From Eledone cirrhosa (Eukaryota): a stretch of DNA of 64,000 bases. Under the pieces are notes generated by a model that was not told where the DNA came from, did not search any database, and saw only the letters and a list, made by a program, of their open reading frames with translations. Position numbers and translations under genes: made by a program. The stretch is taken from the NCBI GenBank assembly GCA_964016885.1, contig OZ024758.1:36828001-36892000 (forward strand), read 5' to 3'. Positions 40,101 through 52,549 of this stretch are shown here, in pieces (position 1 is the first letter of the stretch; each line of letters starts with the position of its first letter).

Positions 40101-43100
40101 GGTGAGAATTCATTTAAATCATGGTATTAGTTGTCAGAAGTAACTCCAATGTTGGTGAGAATTCATTTAAGTTCATGGTACTAGCTGTCAGAAGTAACTC
40201 CACTGTTGGTGAGAATTCATTTAAGTCATGGTATTAGCTGTCAGAAGTAACTCCACTGTTGGTGAGAATTCATTTAAGTCATGGTATTAGCTGTCAGAAG
40301 TAACTCCATTGTTGGTGAGAATTCATTTAAGTCATGGTACTAGCTGTCAGAAGTAACTCCACTGTTGGTGAGAATTCATTTAAGTTCATGGTATTAGCTG
40401 TCAGAAGGAACTCCACTGTTGGTGAGAATTCATTTAAGTTCATGGTACTAGCTGTCAGAAGTAACTCCACTGTTGGTGAGAATTCATTTAAGTTCATGGT
40501 ATTAGTTTGTCAGAAGTAACTCCACTGTTGGTGAGAATTCATTTAAGTCATGGTATTAGTTGTCAGAAGTAACTCCAATGTTGGTGAGAATTCATTTAAG
40601 TCATGGTACTAGCTGTCAGAAGTAACTCCAATGTTGGTGAGAATTCATTTAAGTTCATGGTATTAGCTGTCAGAAGGAACTCCACTGTTGGTGAGAATTC
40701 ATTTAAGTTCATGGTATTAGCTGTCAGAAGTAACTCCACTGTTGGTGAGAATTCATTTAAGTTCATGGTATTAGCTGTCAGAAGTAACTCCACTGTTGGT
40801 GAGAATTCATTTAAGTTCATGGTACTAGCTGTCAGAAGTAACTCCACTGTTGGTGAGAATTCATTTAAGTTCATGGTTCTAGCTGTCAGAATTAACTCCA
40901 CTGTTGGTGAGAATTCATTTAAGTTCATGGTACTAGCTGTCAGAAGTAACTCCAATGTTGGTAAGAATTCATTTAAGTTCATGATATTAGCTGTCAGAAG
41001 TAACTCCACTGTTGGTGAGAATTCATTTAAGTTCATGGTACTAGCTGTCAGAAGTAACTCCACTGTTGGTGAGAATTCATTTAAGTTTATGGTACTAGCT
41101 GTCAGAAGTAACCCCAATGTTGGTGAGAATTCATTTAAGTTCATGGTATTAGCTGTCAGAAGTCACTCCAATGTTGGTGAGAATTCATTTAAGTTCATGG
41201 TATTAGCTGTCAGAAGTCACTGCACTGTTGGTGAGAATTCATTTAAGTTCATGGTACTAGCTGTCAGAAGTAACCCCAATGTTGCTGAGAATTCATTTAA
41301 GTTCATGGTATTAGCTGTCAGAAGTCACTCCAATGTTGGTGAGAATTCATTTAAGTTCATGGTATTAGCTGTCAGAAGTAACTCCACTGTTGGTGAGAAT
41401 TCATTTAAGTTCATGGTATTAGCTGTCAGAAGTAACTCCACTGTTGGTGAGAATTCATTTAAGTTCATGGTATTAGCTGTCAGAAGTAACTCCACTGTTG
41501 GTGAGAATTCATTTAAGTTCATGGTACTAGTTGTCAGAAGTAACTCCACTGTTGGTGAGAATTCATTTAAGTTCATGGTACTAGCTGTCAGAAGTAACTC
41601 CACTGTTGGTGAGAATTCATTTAAGTTCATGGTATTAGCTGTCAGAAGGAACGCCACTGTTGGTGAGAATTCATTTAAGTTCATGGTATTAGCTGTCAGA
41701 AGTAACTCCACTGTTGGTGAGAATTCATTTAAGTTCATGGTACTAGCTGTCAGAAGTAACTCCAATGTTGGTGAGAATTCATTTAAGTTCATGGTATTAG
41801 CTGTCAGAAGGAACTCCACTGTTGGTGAGAATTCATTTAAGTTCATGGTATTAGCTGTCAGAAGTAACTCCACTGTTGGTGAGAATTCATTTAAGTTCAT
41901 GGTACTAGCTGTCAGAAGTAACTCCACTGTTGGTGAGAATTCATTTAAGTTCATGGTACTAGCTGTCAGAAGTAACCCCAATGTTGGTGAGAATTCATTT
42001 AAGTTCATGGTATTAGCTGTCAGAAGTCACTCCAATGTTGGTGAGAATTCATTTAAGTTCATGGTATTAGCTGTGAGAAGTCACTCCACTGTTGGTGAGA
42101 ATTCATTTAAGTTCATGGTATTAGCTGTCAGAAGTACCTCCACTGTTGGTGAGAATTCATTTAAGTTCATGGTATTAGCTGTCAGAAGTAACTCCACTGT
42201 TGGTGAGAATTCATTTAAGTTCATGGTATTAGCTGTCAGAAGGAACTCCAATGTTGGTGAGAATTCATTTAAGTCATGGTACTAGCTGTCAGAAGTAACT
42301 CCACTGTTGGTGAGAATTCATTTAAGTTCATAGTATTAGCTGTCAGAAGTAACTCCACTGTTGGTGAGAATTCATTTAAGTTCATGGTACTAGCTGTCAG
42401 AAGTAACTCCAATGTTGGTGAGAATTCATTTAAGTTCATGGTATTAGCTGTCAGAAGGAACTCCACTGTTGGTGAGAATTCATTTAAGTTCATGGTATTA
42501 GCTGTCAGAAGTAACTCCACTGTTGGTGAGAATTCATTTAAGTTCATGGTACTAGCCGTCAGAAGTAACTCCCCTGTTGGTGAGAATTCAGTTAAGTTCA
42601 TGGTATTAGTTGTCAGAAGTAACTCCACTGTTGGTGAGAATTCATTTAAATCATGGTATTAGTTGTCAGAAGTAACTCCAATGTTGGTGAGAATTCATTT
42701 AAGTTCATGGTACTAGCTGTCAGAAGTAACTCCACTGTTGGTGAGAATTCATTTAAGTCATGGTATTAGCTGTCAGAAGTAACTCCACTGTTGGTGAGAA
42801 TTCATTTAAGTCATGGTATTAGCTGTCAGAAGTAACTCCATTGTTGGTGAGAATTCATTTAAGTCATGGTACTAGCTGTCAGAAGTAACTCCACTGTTGG
42901 TGAGAATTCATTTAAGTTCATGGTATTAGCTGTCAGAAGGAACTCCACTGTTGGTGAGAATTCATTTAAGTTCATGGTACTAGCTGTCAGAAGTAACTCC
43001 ACTGTTGGTGAGAATTCATTTAAGTTCATGGTATTAGTTTGTCAGAAGTAACTCCACTGTTGGTGAGAATTCATTTAAGTCATGGTATTAGTTGTCAGAA

Positions 43101-46100
43101 GTAACTCCAATGTTGGTGAGAATTCATTTAAGTCATGGTACTAGCTGTCGGAAGTAACTCCAATGTTGGTGAGAATTCATTTAAGTTCATGGTATTAGCT
43201 GTCAGAAGGAACTCCACTGTTGGTGAGAATTCATTTAAGTTCATGGTATTAGCTGTCAGAAGTAACTCCACTGTTGGTGAGAATTAATTTAAGTTCATGG
43301 TATTAGCTGTCAGAAGTAACTCCACTGTTGGTGAGAATTCATTTAAGTTCATGGTACTAGCTGTCAGAAGTAACTCCACTGTTGGTGAGAATTCATTTAA
43401 GTTCATGGTTCTAGCTGTCAGAATTAACTCCACTGTTGGTGAGAATTCATTTAAGTTCATGGTACTAGCTGTCAGAAGTAACTCCAATGTTGGTAAGAAT
43501 TCATTTAAGTTCATGATATTAGCTGTCAGAAGTAACTCCACTGTTGGTGAGAATTCATTTAAGTTCATGGTACTAGCTGTCAGAAGTAACTCCACTGTTG
43601 GTGAGAATTCATTTAAGTTTATGGTACTAGCTGTCAGAAGTAACCCCAATGTTGGTGAGAATTCATTTAAGTTCATGGTATTAGCTGTCAGAAGTCACTC
43701 CAATGTTGGTGAGAATTCATTTAAGTTCATGGTATTAGCTGTCAGAAGTCACTGCACTGTTGGTGAGAATTCATTTAAGTTCATGGTACTAGCTGTCAGA
43801 AGTAACCCCAATGTTGCTGAGAATTCATTTAAGTTCATGGTATTAGCTGTCAGAAGTCACTCCAATGTTGGTGAGAATTCATTTAAGTTCATGGTATTAG
43901 CTGTCAGAAGTAACTCCACTGTTGGTGAGAATTCATTTAAGTTCATGGTATTAGCTGTCAGAAGTAACTCCACTGTTGGTGAGAATTCATTTAAGTTCAT
44001 GGTATTAGCTGTCAGAAGTAACTCCACTGTTGGTGAGAATTCATTTAAGTTCATGGTACTAGTTGTCAGAAGTAACTCCACTGTTGGTGAGAATTCATTT
44101 AAGTTCATGGTACTAGCTGTCAGAAGTAACTCCACTGTTGGTGAGAATTCATTTAAGTTCATGGTATTAGCTGTCAGAAGGAACGCCACTGTTGGTGAGA
44201 ATTCATTTAAGTTCATGGTATTAGCTGTCAGAAGTAACTCCACTGTTGGTGAGAATTCATTTAAGTTCATGGTACTAGCTGTCAGAAGTAACTCCAATGT
44301 TGGTGAGAATTCATTTAAGTTCATGGTATTAGCTGTCAGAAGGAACTCCACTGTTGGTGAGAATTCATTTAAGTTCATGGTATTAGCTGTCAGAAGTAAC
44401 TCCACTGTTGGTGAGAATTCATTTAAGTTCATGGTACTAGCTGTCAGAAGTAACTCCACTGTTGGTGAGAATTCATTTAAGTTCATGGTACTAGCTGTCA
44501 GAAGTAACCCCAATGTTGGTGAGAATTCATTTAAGTTCATGGTATTAGCTGTCAGAAGTCACTCCAATGTTGGTGAGAATTCATTTAAGTTCATGGTATT
44601 AGCTGTGAGAAGTCACTCCACTGTTGGTGAGAATTCATTTAAGTTCATGGTATTAGCTGTCAGAAGTACCTCCACTGTTGGTGAGAATTCATTTAAGTTC
44701 ATGGTATTAGCTGTCAGAAGTAACTCCACTGTTGGTGAGAATTCATTTAAGTTCATGGTATTAGCTGTCAGAAGGAACTCCAATGTTGGTGAGAATTCAT
44801 TTAAGTCATGGTACTAGCTGTCAGAAGTAACTCCACTGTTGGTGAGAATTCATTTAAGTTCATAGTATTAGCTGTCAGAAGTAACTCCACTGTTGGTGAG
44901 AATTCATTTAAGTTCATGGTACTAGCTGTCAGAAGTAACTCCAATGTTGGTGAGAATTCATTTAAGTTCATGGTATTAGCTGTCAGAAGGAACTCCACTG
45001 TTGGTGAGAATTCATTTAAGTTCATGGTATTAGCTGTCAGAAGTAACTCCACTGTTGGTGAGAATTCATTTAAGTTCATGGTACTAGTTGTCAGAAGTAA
45101 CTCCACTGTTGGTGAGAATTCATTTAAGTTCATGTTACTAGCTGTCAGAAGTAACTCCACTGTTGGTGAGAATTCATTTAAGTTCATGGTATTAGTTTGT
45201 CAGAAGTAACTCCACTGTTGGTGAGAATTCATTTAAGTTCATGGTACTAGCTGTCAGAAGTAACTCCAATGTTGGTGAGAATTCATTTAAGTTCATGGTA
45301 TTAGCTGTCAGAAGTAACTCCACTGTTGGTGAGAATTCATTTAAGTTCATGGTACTAGCTGTCAGAAGTAACTCCAATGTTGGTGAGAATTCATTTATGT
45401 TCATGGTATTAGCTGTCAGAAGTAACTCCACTGTTGGTGAGAATTCATTTAAGTTCATGGTATTACCTGTCAGAAGGAACTCCAATGTTGGTGAGAATTC
45501 ATTTAAGTCATGGTATTAGCTGTCAGAAGTAACTCCACTGTTGGTGAGAATTCATTTAAGTTCATGGTATTAGCTGTCAGAAGGAACGCCACTGTTGGTG
45601 AGAATTCATTTAAGTTCATGGTATTAGCTGTCAGAAGTAACTCCACTGTTGGTGAGAATTCATTTAAGTTCATGGTACTAGCTGTCAGAAGTAACTCCAA
45701 TGTTGGTGAGAATTCATTTAAGTTCATGGTATTAGCTGTCAGAAGGAACTCCACTGTTGGTGAGAATTCATTTAAGTCTTGGTATTAGTTGTCAGAAGTA
45801 ACTCCAATGTTGGTGAGAATTCATTTAAGTTCATGGTACTAGCTGTCAGAAGTAACTCCACTGTTGGTGAGATTTCATTTAAGTTCATGGTACTAGCTGT
45901 CAAAAGTAACTCCAATGTTGGTGAGAATTCATTTAAGTTCATGGTATTAGCTGTCAGAAGTAACTCCACTGTTGGTGAGAATTCATTTAAGTTCATGGTA
46001 CTAGCCGTCAGAAGTAACTCCACTGTTGGTGAGAATTCAGTTAAGTTCATGGTATTAGTTGTCAGAAGTAACTCCACTGTTGGTGAGAATTCATTTAAAT

Positions 46101-49100
46101 CATGGTATTAGTTGTCAGAAGTAACACCAATGTTGGTGAGAATTCATTTAAGTTCATGGTACTAGCTGTCAGAAGTAAATCCACTGTTGGTGAGAATTCA
46201 TTTAAGTCATGGTATTAGCTGTCAGAAGTAACTCCACTGTTGGTGAGAATTCATTTAAGTCATGGTATTAGCTGTCAGAAGTAACTCCATTGTTGGTGAG
46301 AATTCATTTAAGTCATGGTACTAGCTGTCAGAAGGAACTCCACTGTTGGTGAGAATTCATTTAAGTTCATGGTACTAGCTGTCAGAAGTAACTCCACTGT
46401 TGGTGAGAATTCATTTAAGTTCATGGTATTAGTTTGTCAGAAGTAACTCCACTGTTGGTGAGAATTCATTTAAGTCATGGTATTAGTTGTCAGAAGTAAC
46501 TCCAATGTTGGTGAGAATTCATTTAAGTCATGGTACTAGCTGTCAGAAGTAACTCCAATGTTGGTGAGAATTCATTTAAGTTCATGGTATTAGCTGTCAG
46601 AAGGAACTCCACTGTTGGTGAGAATTCATTTAAGTTCATGGTATTAGCTGTCAGAAGTAACTCCACTGTTGGTGAGAATTCATTTAAGTTCATGGTATTA
46701 GCTGTCAGAAGTAACTCCACTGTTGGTGAGAATTCATTTAAGTTCATGGTACTAGCTGTCAGAAGTAACTCCACTGTTGGTGAGAATTCATTTAAGTTCA
46801 TGGTTCTAGCTGTCAGAATTAACTCCACTGTTGGTGAGAATTCATTTAAGTTCATGGTACTAGCTGTCAGAAGTAACTCCAATGTTGGTAAGAATTCATT
46901 TAAGTTCATGATATTAGCTGTCAGAAGTAACTCCACTGTTGGTGAGAATTCATTTAAGTTCATGGTACTAGCTGTCAGAAGTAACTCCACTGTTGGTGAG
47001 AATTCATTTAAGTTTATGGTACTAGCTGTCAGAAGTAACCCCAATGTTGGTGAGAATTCATTTAAGTTCATGGTATTAGCTGTCAGAAGTCACTCCAATG
47101 TTGGTGAGAATTCATTTAAGTTCATGGTATTAGCTGTCAGAAGTCACTCCACTGTTGGTGAGAATTCATTTAAGTTCATGGTACTAGCTGTCAGAAGTAA
47201 CCCCAATGTTGCTGAGAATTCATTTAAGTTCATGGTATTAGCTGTCAGAAGTCACTCCAATGTTGGTGAGAATTCATTTAAGTTCATGGTATTAGCTGTC
47301 AGAAGTAACTCCACTGTTGGTGAGAATTCATTTAAGTTCATGGTATTAGCTGTCAGAAGTAACTCCACTGTTGGTGAGAATTCATTTATGTTCATGGTAT
47401 TACCTGTCAGAAGGAACTCCAATGTTGGTGAGAATTCATTTAAGTCATGGTACTAGCTGTCAGAAGTAACTCCACTGTTGGTGAGAATTCATTTAAGTTC
47501 ATGGTATTAGCTGTCAGAAGGAACGCCACTGTTGGTGAGAATTCATTTAAGTTCATGGTACTAGCTGTCAGAAGTAACTCCACTGTTGGTGAGAATTCAT
47601 TTAAGTTCATGGTACTAGCCGTCAGAAGTAACTCCCCTGTTGGTGAGAATTCAGTTAAGTTCATGGTATTAGTTGTCAGAAGTAACTCCACTGTTGGTGA
47701 GAATTCATTTAAATCATGGTATTAGTTGTCAGAAGTAACTCCAATGTTGGTGAGAATTCATTTAAGTTCATGGTACTAGCTGTCAGAAGTAACTCCACTG
47801 TTGGTGAGAATTCATTTAAGTCATGGTATTAGCTGTCAGAAGTAACTCCACTGTTGGTGAGAATTCATTTAAGTCATGGTATTAGCTGTCAGAAGTAACT
47901 CCATTGTTGGTGAGAATTCATTTAAGTCATGGTACTAGCTGTCAGAAGTAACTCCACTGTTGGTGAGAATACATTTAAGTTCATGGTATTAGCTGTCAGA
48001 AGGAACTCCACTGTTGGTGAGAATTCATTTAAGTTCATGGTACTAGCTGTCAGAAGTAACTCCACTGTTGGTGAGAATTCATTTAAGTTCATGGTATTAG
48101 TTTGTCAGAAGTAACTCCACTGTTGGTGAGAATTCATTTAAGTCATGGTATTAGTTGTCAGAAGTAACTCCAATGTTGGTGAGAATTCATTTAAGTCATG
48201 GTACTAGCTGTCAGAAGTAACTCCAATGTTGGTGAGAATTCATTTAAGTTCATGGTATTAGCTGTCAGAAGGAACTCCACTGTTGGTGAGAATTCATTTA
48301 AGTTCATGGTATTAGCTGTCAGAAGTAACTCCACTGTTGGTGAGAATTCATTTAAGTTCATGGTATTAGCTGTCAGAAGTAACTCCACTGTTGGTGAGAA
48401 TTCATTTAAGTTCATGGTACTAGCTGTCAGAAGTAACTCCACTGTTGGTGAGAATTCATTTAAGTTCATGGTTCTAGCTGTCAGAATTAACTCCACTGTT
48501 GGTGAGAATTCATTTAAGTTCATGGTACTAGCTGTCAGAAGTAACTCCAATGTTGGTAAGAATTCATTTAAGTTCATGATATTAGCTGTCAGAAGTAACT
48601 CCACTGTTGGTGAGAATTCATTTAAGTTCATGGTACTAGCTGTCAGAAGTAACTCCACTGTTGGTGAGAATTCATTTAAGTTTATGGTACTAGCTGTCAG
48701 AAGTAACCCCAATGTTGGTGAGAATTCATTTAAGTTCATGGTATTAGCTGTCAGAAGTCACTCCAATGTTGGTGAGAATTCATTTAAGTTCATGGTATTA
48801 GCTGTCAGAAGTCACTGCACTGTTGGTGAGAATTCATTTAAGTTCATGGTACTAGCTGTCAGAAGTAACCCCAATGTTGCTGAGAATTCATTTAAGTTCA
48901 TGGTATTAGCTGTCAGAAGTCACTCCAATGTTGGTGAGAATTCATTTAAGTTCATGGTATTAGCTGTCAGAAGTAACTCCACTGTTGGTGAGAATTCATT
49001 TAAGTTCATGGTATTAGCTGTCAGAAGTAACTCCACTGTTGGTGAGAATTCATTTAAGTTCATGGTATTAGCTGTCAGAAGTAACTCCACTGTTGGTGAG

Positions 49101-49470
49101 AATTCATTTAAGTTCATGGTACTAGTTGTCAGAAGTAACTCCACTGTTGGTGAGAATTCATTTAAGTTCATGGTACTAGCTGTCAGAAGTAACTCCACTG
49201 TTGGTGAGAATTCATTTAAGTTCATGGTATTAGCTGTCAGAAGGAACGCCACTGTTGGTGAGAATTCATTTAAGTTCATGGTATTAGCTGTCAGAAGTAA
49301 CTCCACTGTTGGTGAGAATTCATTTAAGTTCATGGTACTAGCTGTCAGAAGTAACTCCAATGTTGGTGAGAATTCATTTAAGTTCATGGTATTAGCTGTC
49401 AGAAGGAACTCCACTGTTGGTGAGAATTCATTTAAGTTCATGGTATTAGCTGTCAGAAGTAACTCCACTG
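36800..49470. repeat. Large duplication with 7649/7595-bp offset (~36800-41870 vs ~44450-49470)
   Basis: ORFs 37159/44808, 37592/45241, 37861/45510 and 38130/45779 are offset by 7649. ORFs 38935/46530, 39852/47447, 40334/47929 and 40603/48198 are offset by 7595. Private variants AGATTTC (38221/45870), GTCAAAAG, AACACCAATG and GTAAATCC are shared. Confidence 0.9.
39960..45080. repeat. Higher-order tandem duplication, 2532-bp period (~47 monomers)
   Basis: ORFs 40334/42866, 41325/43857 and 42276/44808 are offset by 2532. CACTGCAC, CATAGTA and CTCCCCT are shared. Confidence 0.85.
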
Positions 49471-52400
49471 TTGGTGAGAATTCATTTAAGTTCATGGTAT
49501 TAGCTGTCAGAAGTAACTCCACTGTTGGTGAGAATTCATTTAAGTCATGGTATTAGTTGTCAGAAGTAACTCCAATGTTGGTGAGAATTCATTTAAGTTC
49601 ATGGTACTAGCTGTCAGAAGTAACTCCACTGTTGGTGAGAATTCATTTAAGTTCATGGTATTAGCTGTCAGAAGTAACTCCACTGTTGGTGAGAATTCAT
49701 TTAAGTCATGGTATTAGCTGTCAGAAGTAACTCCAATGTTGGTGAGAATTCATTTAAGTCTTGGTACTAGCTGTCAGAAGTAACTCCAATGTTGGTGAGA
49801 ATTCAGTTAAGTTCATGGTATTAGCTGTCAGAAGGAACTCCACTGTTGGTGAGAATTCATTTAAGTTCATGGTATTAGCTGTCAGAAGTAACTTCACTGT
49901 TGGTGAGAATTCATTTAAGTTCATGGTACTAGCTGTCAGAAGTAACTCCACTGTTGGTGAGAATTCATTTAAGTTCATGGTATTAGCTGTCAGAAGTAAC
50001 TCCACTGTTGGTGAGAATTCATTTATGTTCATGGTATTAGCTGTCAGAAGTAACTCCACTGTTGGTGAGAATTCATTTAAGTTCATGGTATTACCTGTCA
50101 GAAGGAACTCCAATGTTGGTGAGAATTCATTTAAGTCATGGTACTAGCTGTCAGAAGTAACTCCACTGTTGGTGAGAATTCATTTAAGTTCATGGTACTA
50201 GCTGTCAGAAGTAACTCCAATGTTGGTGAGAATTCATTTAAGTTCATGGTATTAGCTGTCAGAAGGAACTCCACTGTTGGTGAGAATTCATTTAAGTCTT
50301 GGTATTAGTTGTCAGAAGTAACTCCAATGTTGGTGAGAATTCATTTAATTTCATGGTACTAGCTGTCAGAAGTAACTCCACTGTTGGTGAGAATTCATTT
50401 AAGTTCATGGTACTAGCCGTCAGAAGTAACTCCCCTGTTGGTGAGAATTCAGTTAAGTTCATGGTATTAGTTGTCAGAAGTAACTCCACTGTTGGTGAGA
50501 ATTCATTTAAATCATGGTATTAGTTGTCAGAAGTAACTCCAATGTTGGTGAGAATTCATTTAAGTTCATGGTACTAGCTGTCAGAAGTAACTCCACTGTT
50601 GGTGAGAATTCATTTAAGTCATGGTATTAGCTGTCAGAAGTAACTCCACTGTTGGTGAGAATTCATTTAAGTCATGGTATTAGCTGTCAGAAGTAACTCC
50701 ATTGTTGGTGAGAATTCATTTAAGTCATGGTACTAGCTGTCAGAAGGAACGCCACTGTTGGTGAGAATTCATTTAAGTTCATGGTATTAGCTGTCAGAAG
50801 TAACTCCACTGTTGGTGAGAATTCATTTAAGTTCATGGTACTAGCTGTCAGAAGTAACTCCAATGTTGGTGAGAATTCATTTAAGTTCATGGTATTAGCT
50901 GTCAGAAGGAACTCCACTGTTGGTGAGAATTCATTTAAGTTCATGGTATTAGCTGTCAGAAGTAACTCCACTGTTGGTGAGAATTCATTTAAGTTCATGG
51001 TATTAGCTGTCAGAAGTAATTCCACTGTTGGTGAGAATTCATTTAAGTCATGGTATTAGTTGTCAGAAGTAACTCCAATGTTGGTGAGAATTCATTTAAG
51101 TTCATGGTACTAGCTGTCAGAAGTAACTCCACTGTTGGTGAGAATTCATTTAAGTTCATGGTATTAGCTGTCAGAAGTAACTCCACTGTTGGTGAGAATT
51201 CATTTAAGTCATGGTATTAGCTGTCAGAAGTAACTCCAATGTTGGTGAGAATTCATTTAAGTCTTGGTACTAGCTGCCAGAAGTAACTCCAATGTTGGTG
51301 AGAATTCAGTTAAGTTCATGGTATTAGCTGTCAGAAGGAACTCCACTGTTGGTGAGAATTCATTTAAGTTCATGGTATTAGCTGTCAGAAGTAACTTCAC
51401 TGTTGGTGAGAATTCATTTAAGTTCATGGTACTAGCTGTCAGAAGTAACTCCACTGTTGGTGAGAATTCATTTAAGTTCATGGTATTAGCTGTCAGAAGT
51501 AACTCCACTGTTGGTGAGAATTCATTTATGTTCATGGTATTAGCTGTCAGAAGTAACTCCACTGTTGGTGAGAATTCATTTAAGTTCATGGTATTACCTG
51601 TCAGAAGGAACTCCAATGTTGGTGAGAATTCATTTAAGTCATGGTACTAGCTGTCAGAAGTAACTCCACTGTTGGTGAGAATTCATTTAAGTTCATGGTA
51701 TTAGCTGTCAGAAGGAACGCCACTGTTGGTGAGAATTCATTTAAGTTCATGGTATTAGCTGTCAGAAGTAACTCCACTGTTGGTGAGAATTCATTTAAGT
51801 TCATGGTACTAGCTGTCAGAAGTAACTCCAATGTTGGTGAGAATTCATTTAAGTTCATGGTATTAGCTGTCAGAAGGAACTCCACTGTTGGTGAGAATTC
51901 ATTTAAGTCTTGGTATTAGTTGTCAGAAGTAACTCCAATGTTGGTGAGAATTCATTTAAGTTCATGGTACTAGCTGTCAGAAGTAACTCCACTGTTGGTG
52001 AGAATTCATTTAAGTTCATGGTACTAGCCGTCAGAAGTAACTCCCCTGTTGGTGAGAATTCAGTTAAGTTCATGGTATTAGTTGTCAGAAGTAACTCCAC
52101 TGTTGGTGAGAATTCATTTAAATCATGGTATTAGTTGTCAGAAGTAACTCCAATGTTGGTGAGAATTCATTTAAGTTCATGGTACTAGCTGTCAGAAGTA
52201 ACTCCACTGTTGGTGAGAATTCATTTAAGTCATGGTATTAGCTGTCAGAAGTAACTCCACTGTTGGTGAGAATTCATTTAAGTCATGGTATTAGCTGTCA
52301 GAAGTAACTCCATTGTTGGTGAGAATTCATTTAAGTCATGGTACTAGCTGTCAGAAGTAACTCCACTGTTGGTGAGAATTCATTTAAGTTCATGGTATTA

Positions 52401-52549
52401 GCTGTCAGAAGGAACTCCACTGTTGGTGAGAATTCATTTAAGTTCATGGTACTAGCTGTCAGAAGTAACTCCACTGTTGGTGAGAATTCATTTAAGTTCA
52501 TGGTATTAGTTTGTCAGAAGTAATTCCACTGTTGGTGAGAATTCATTTA

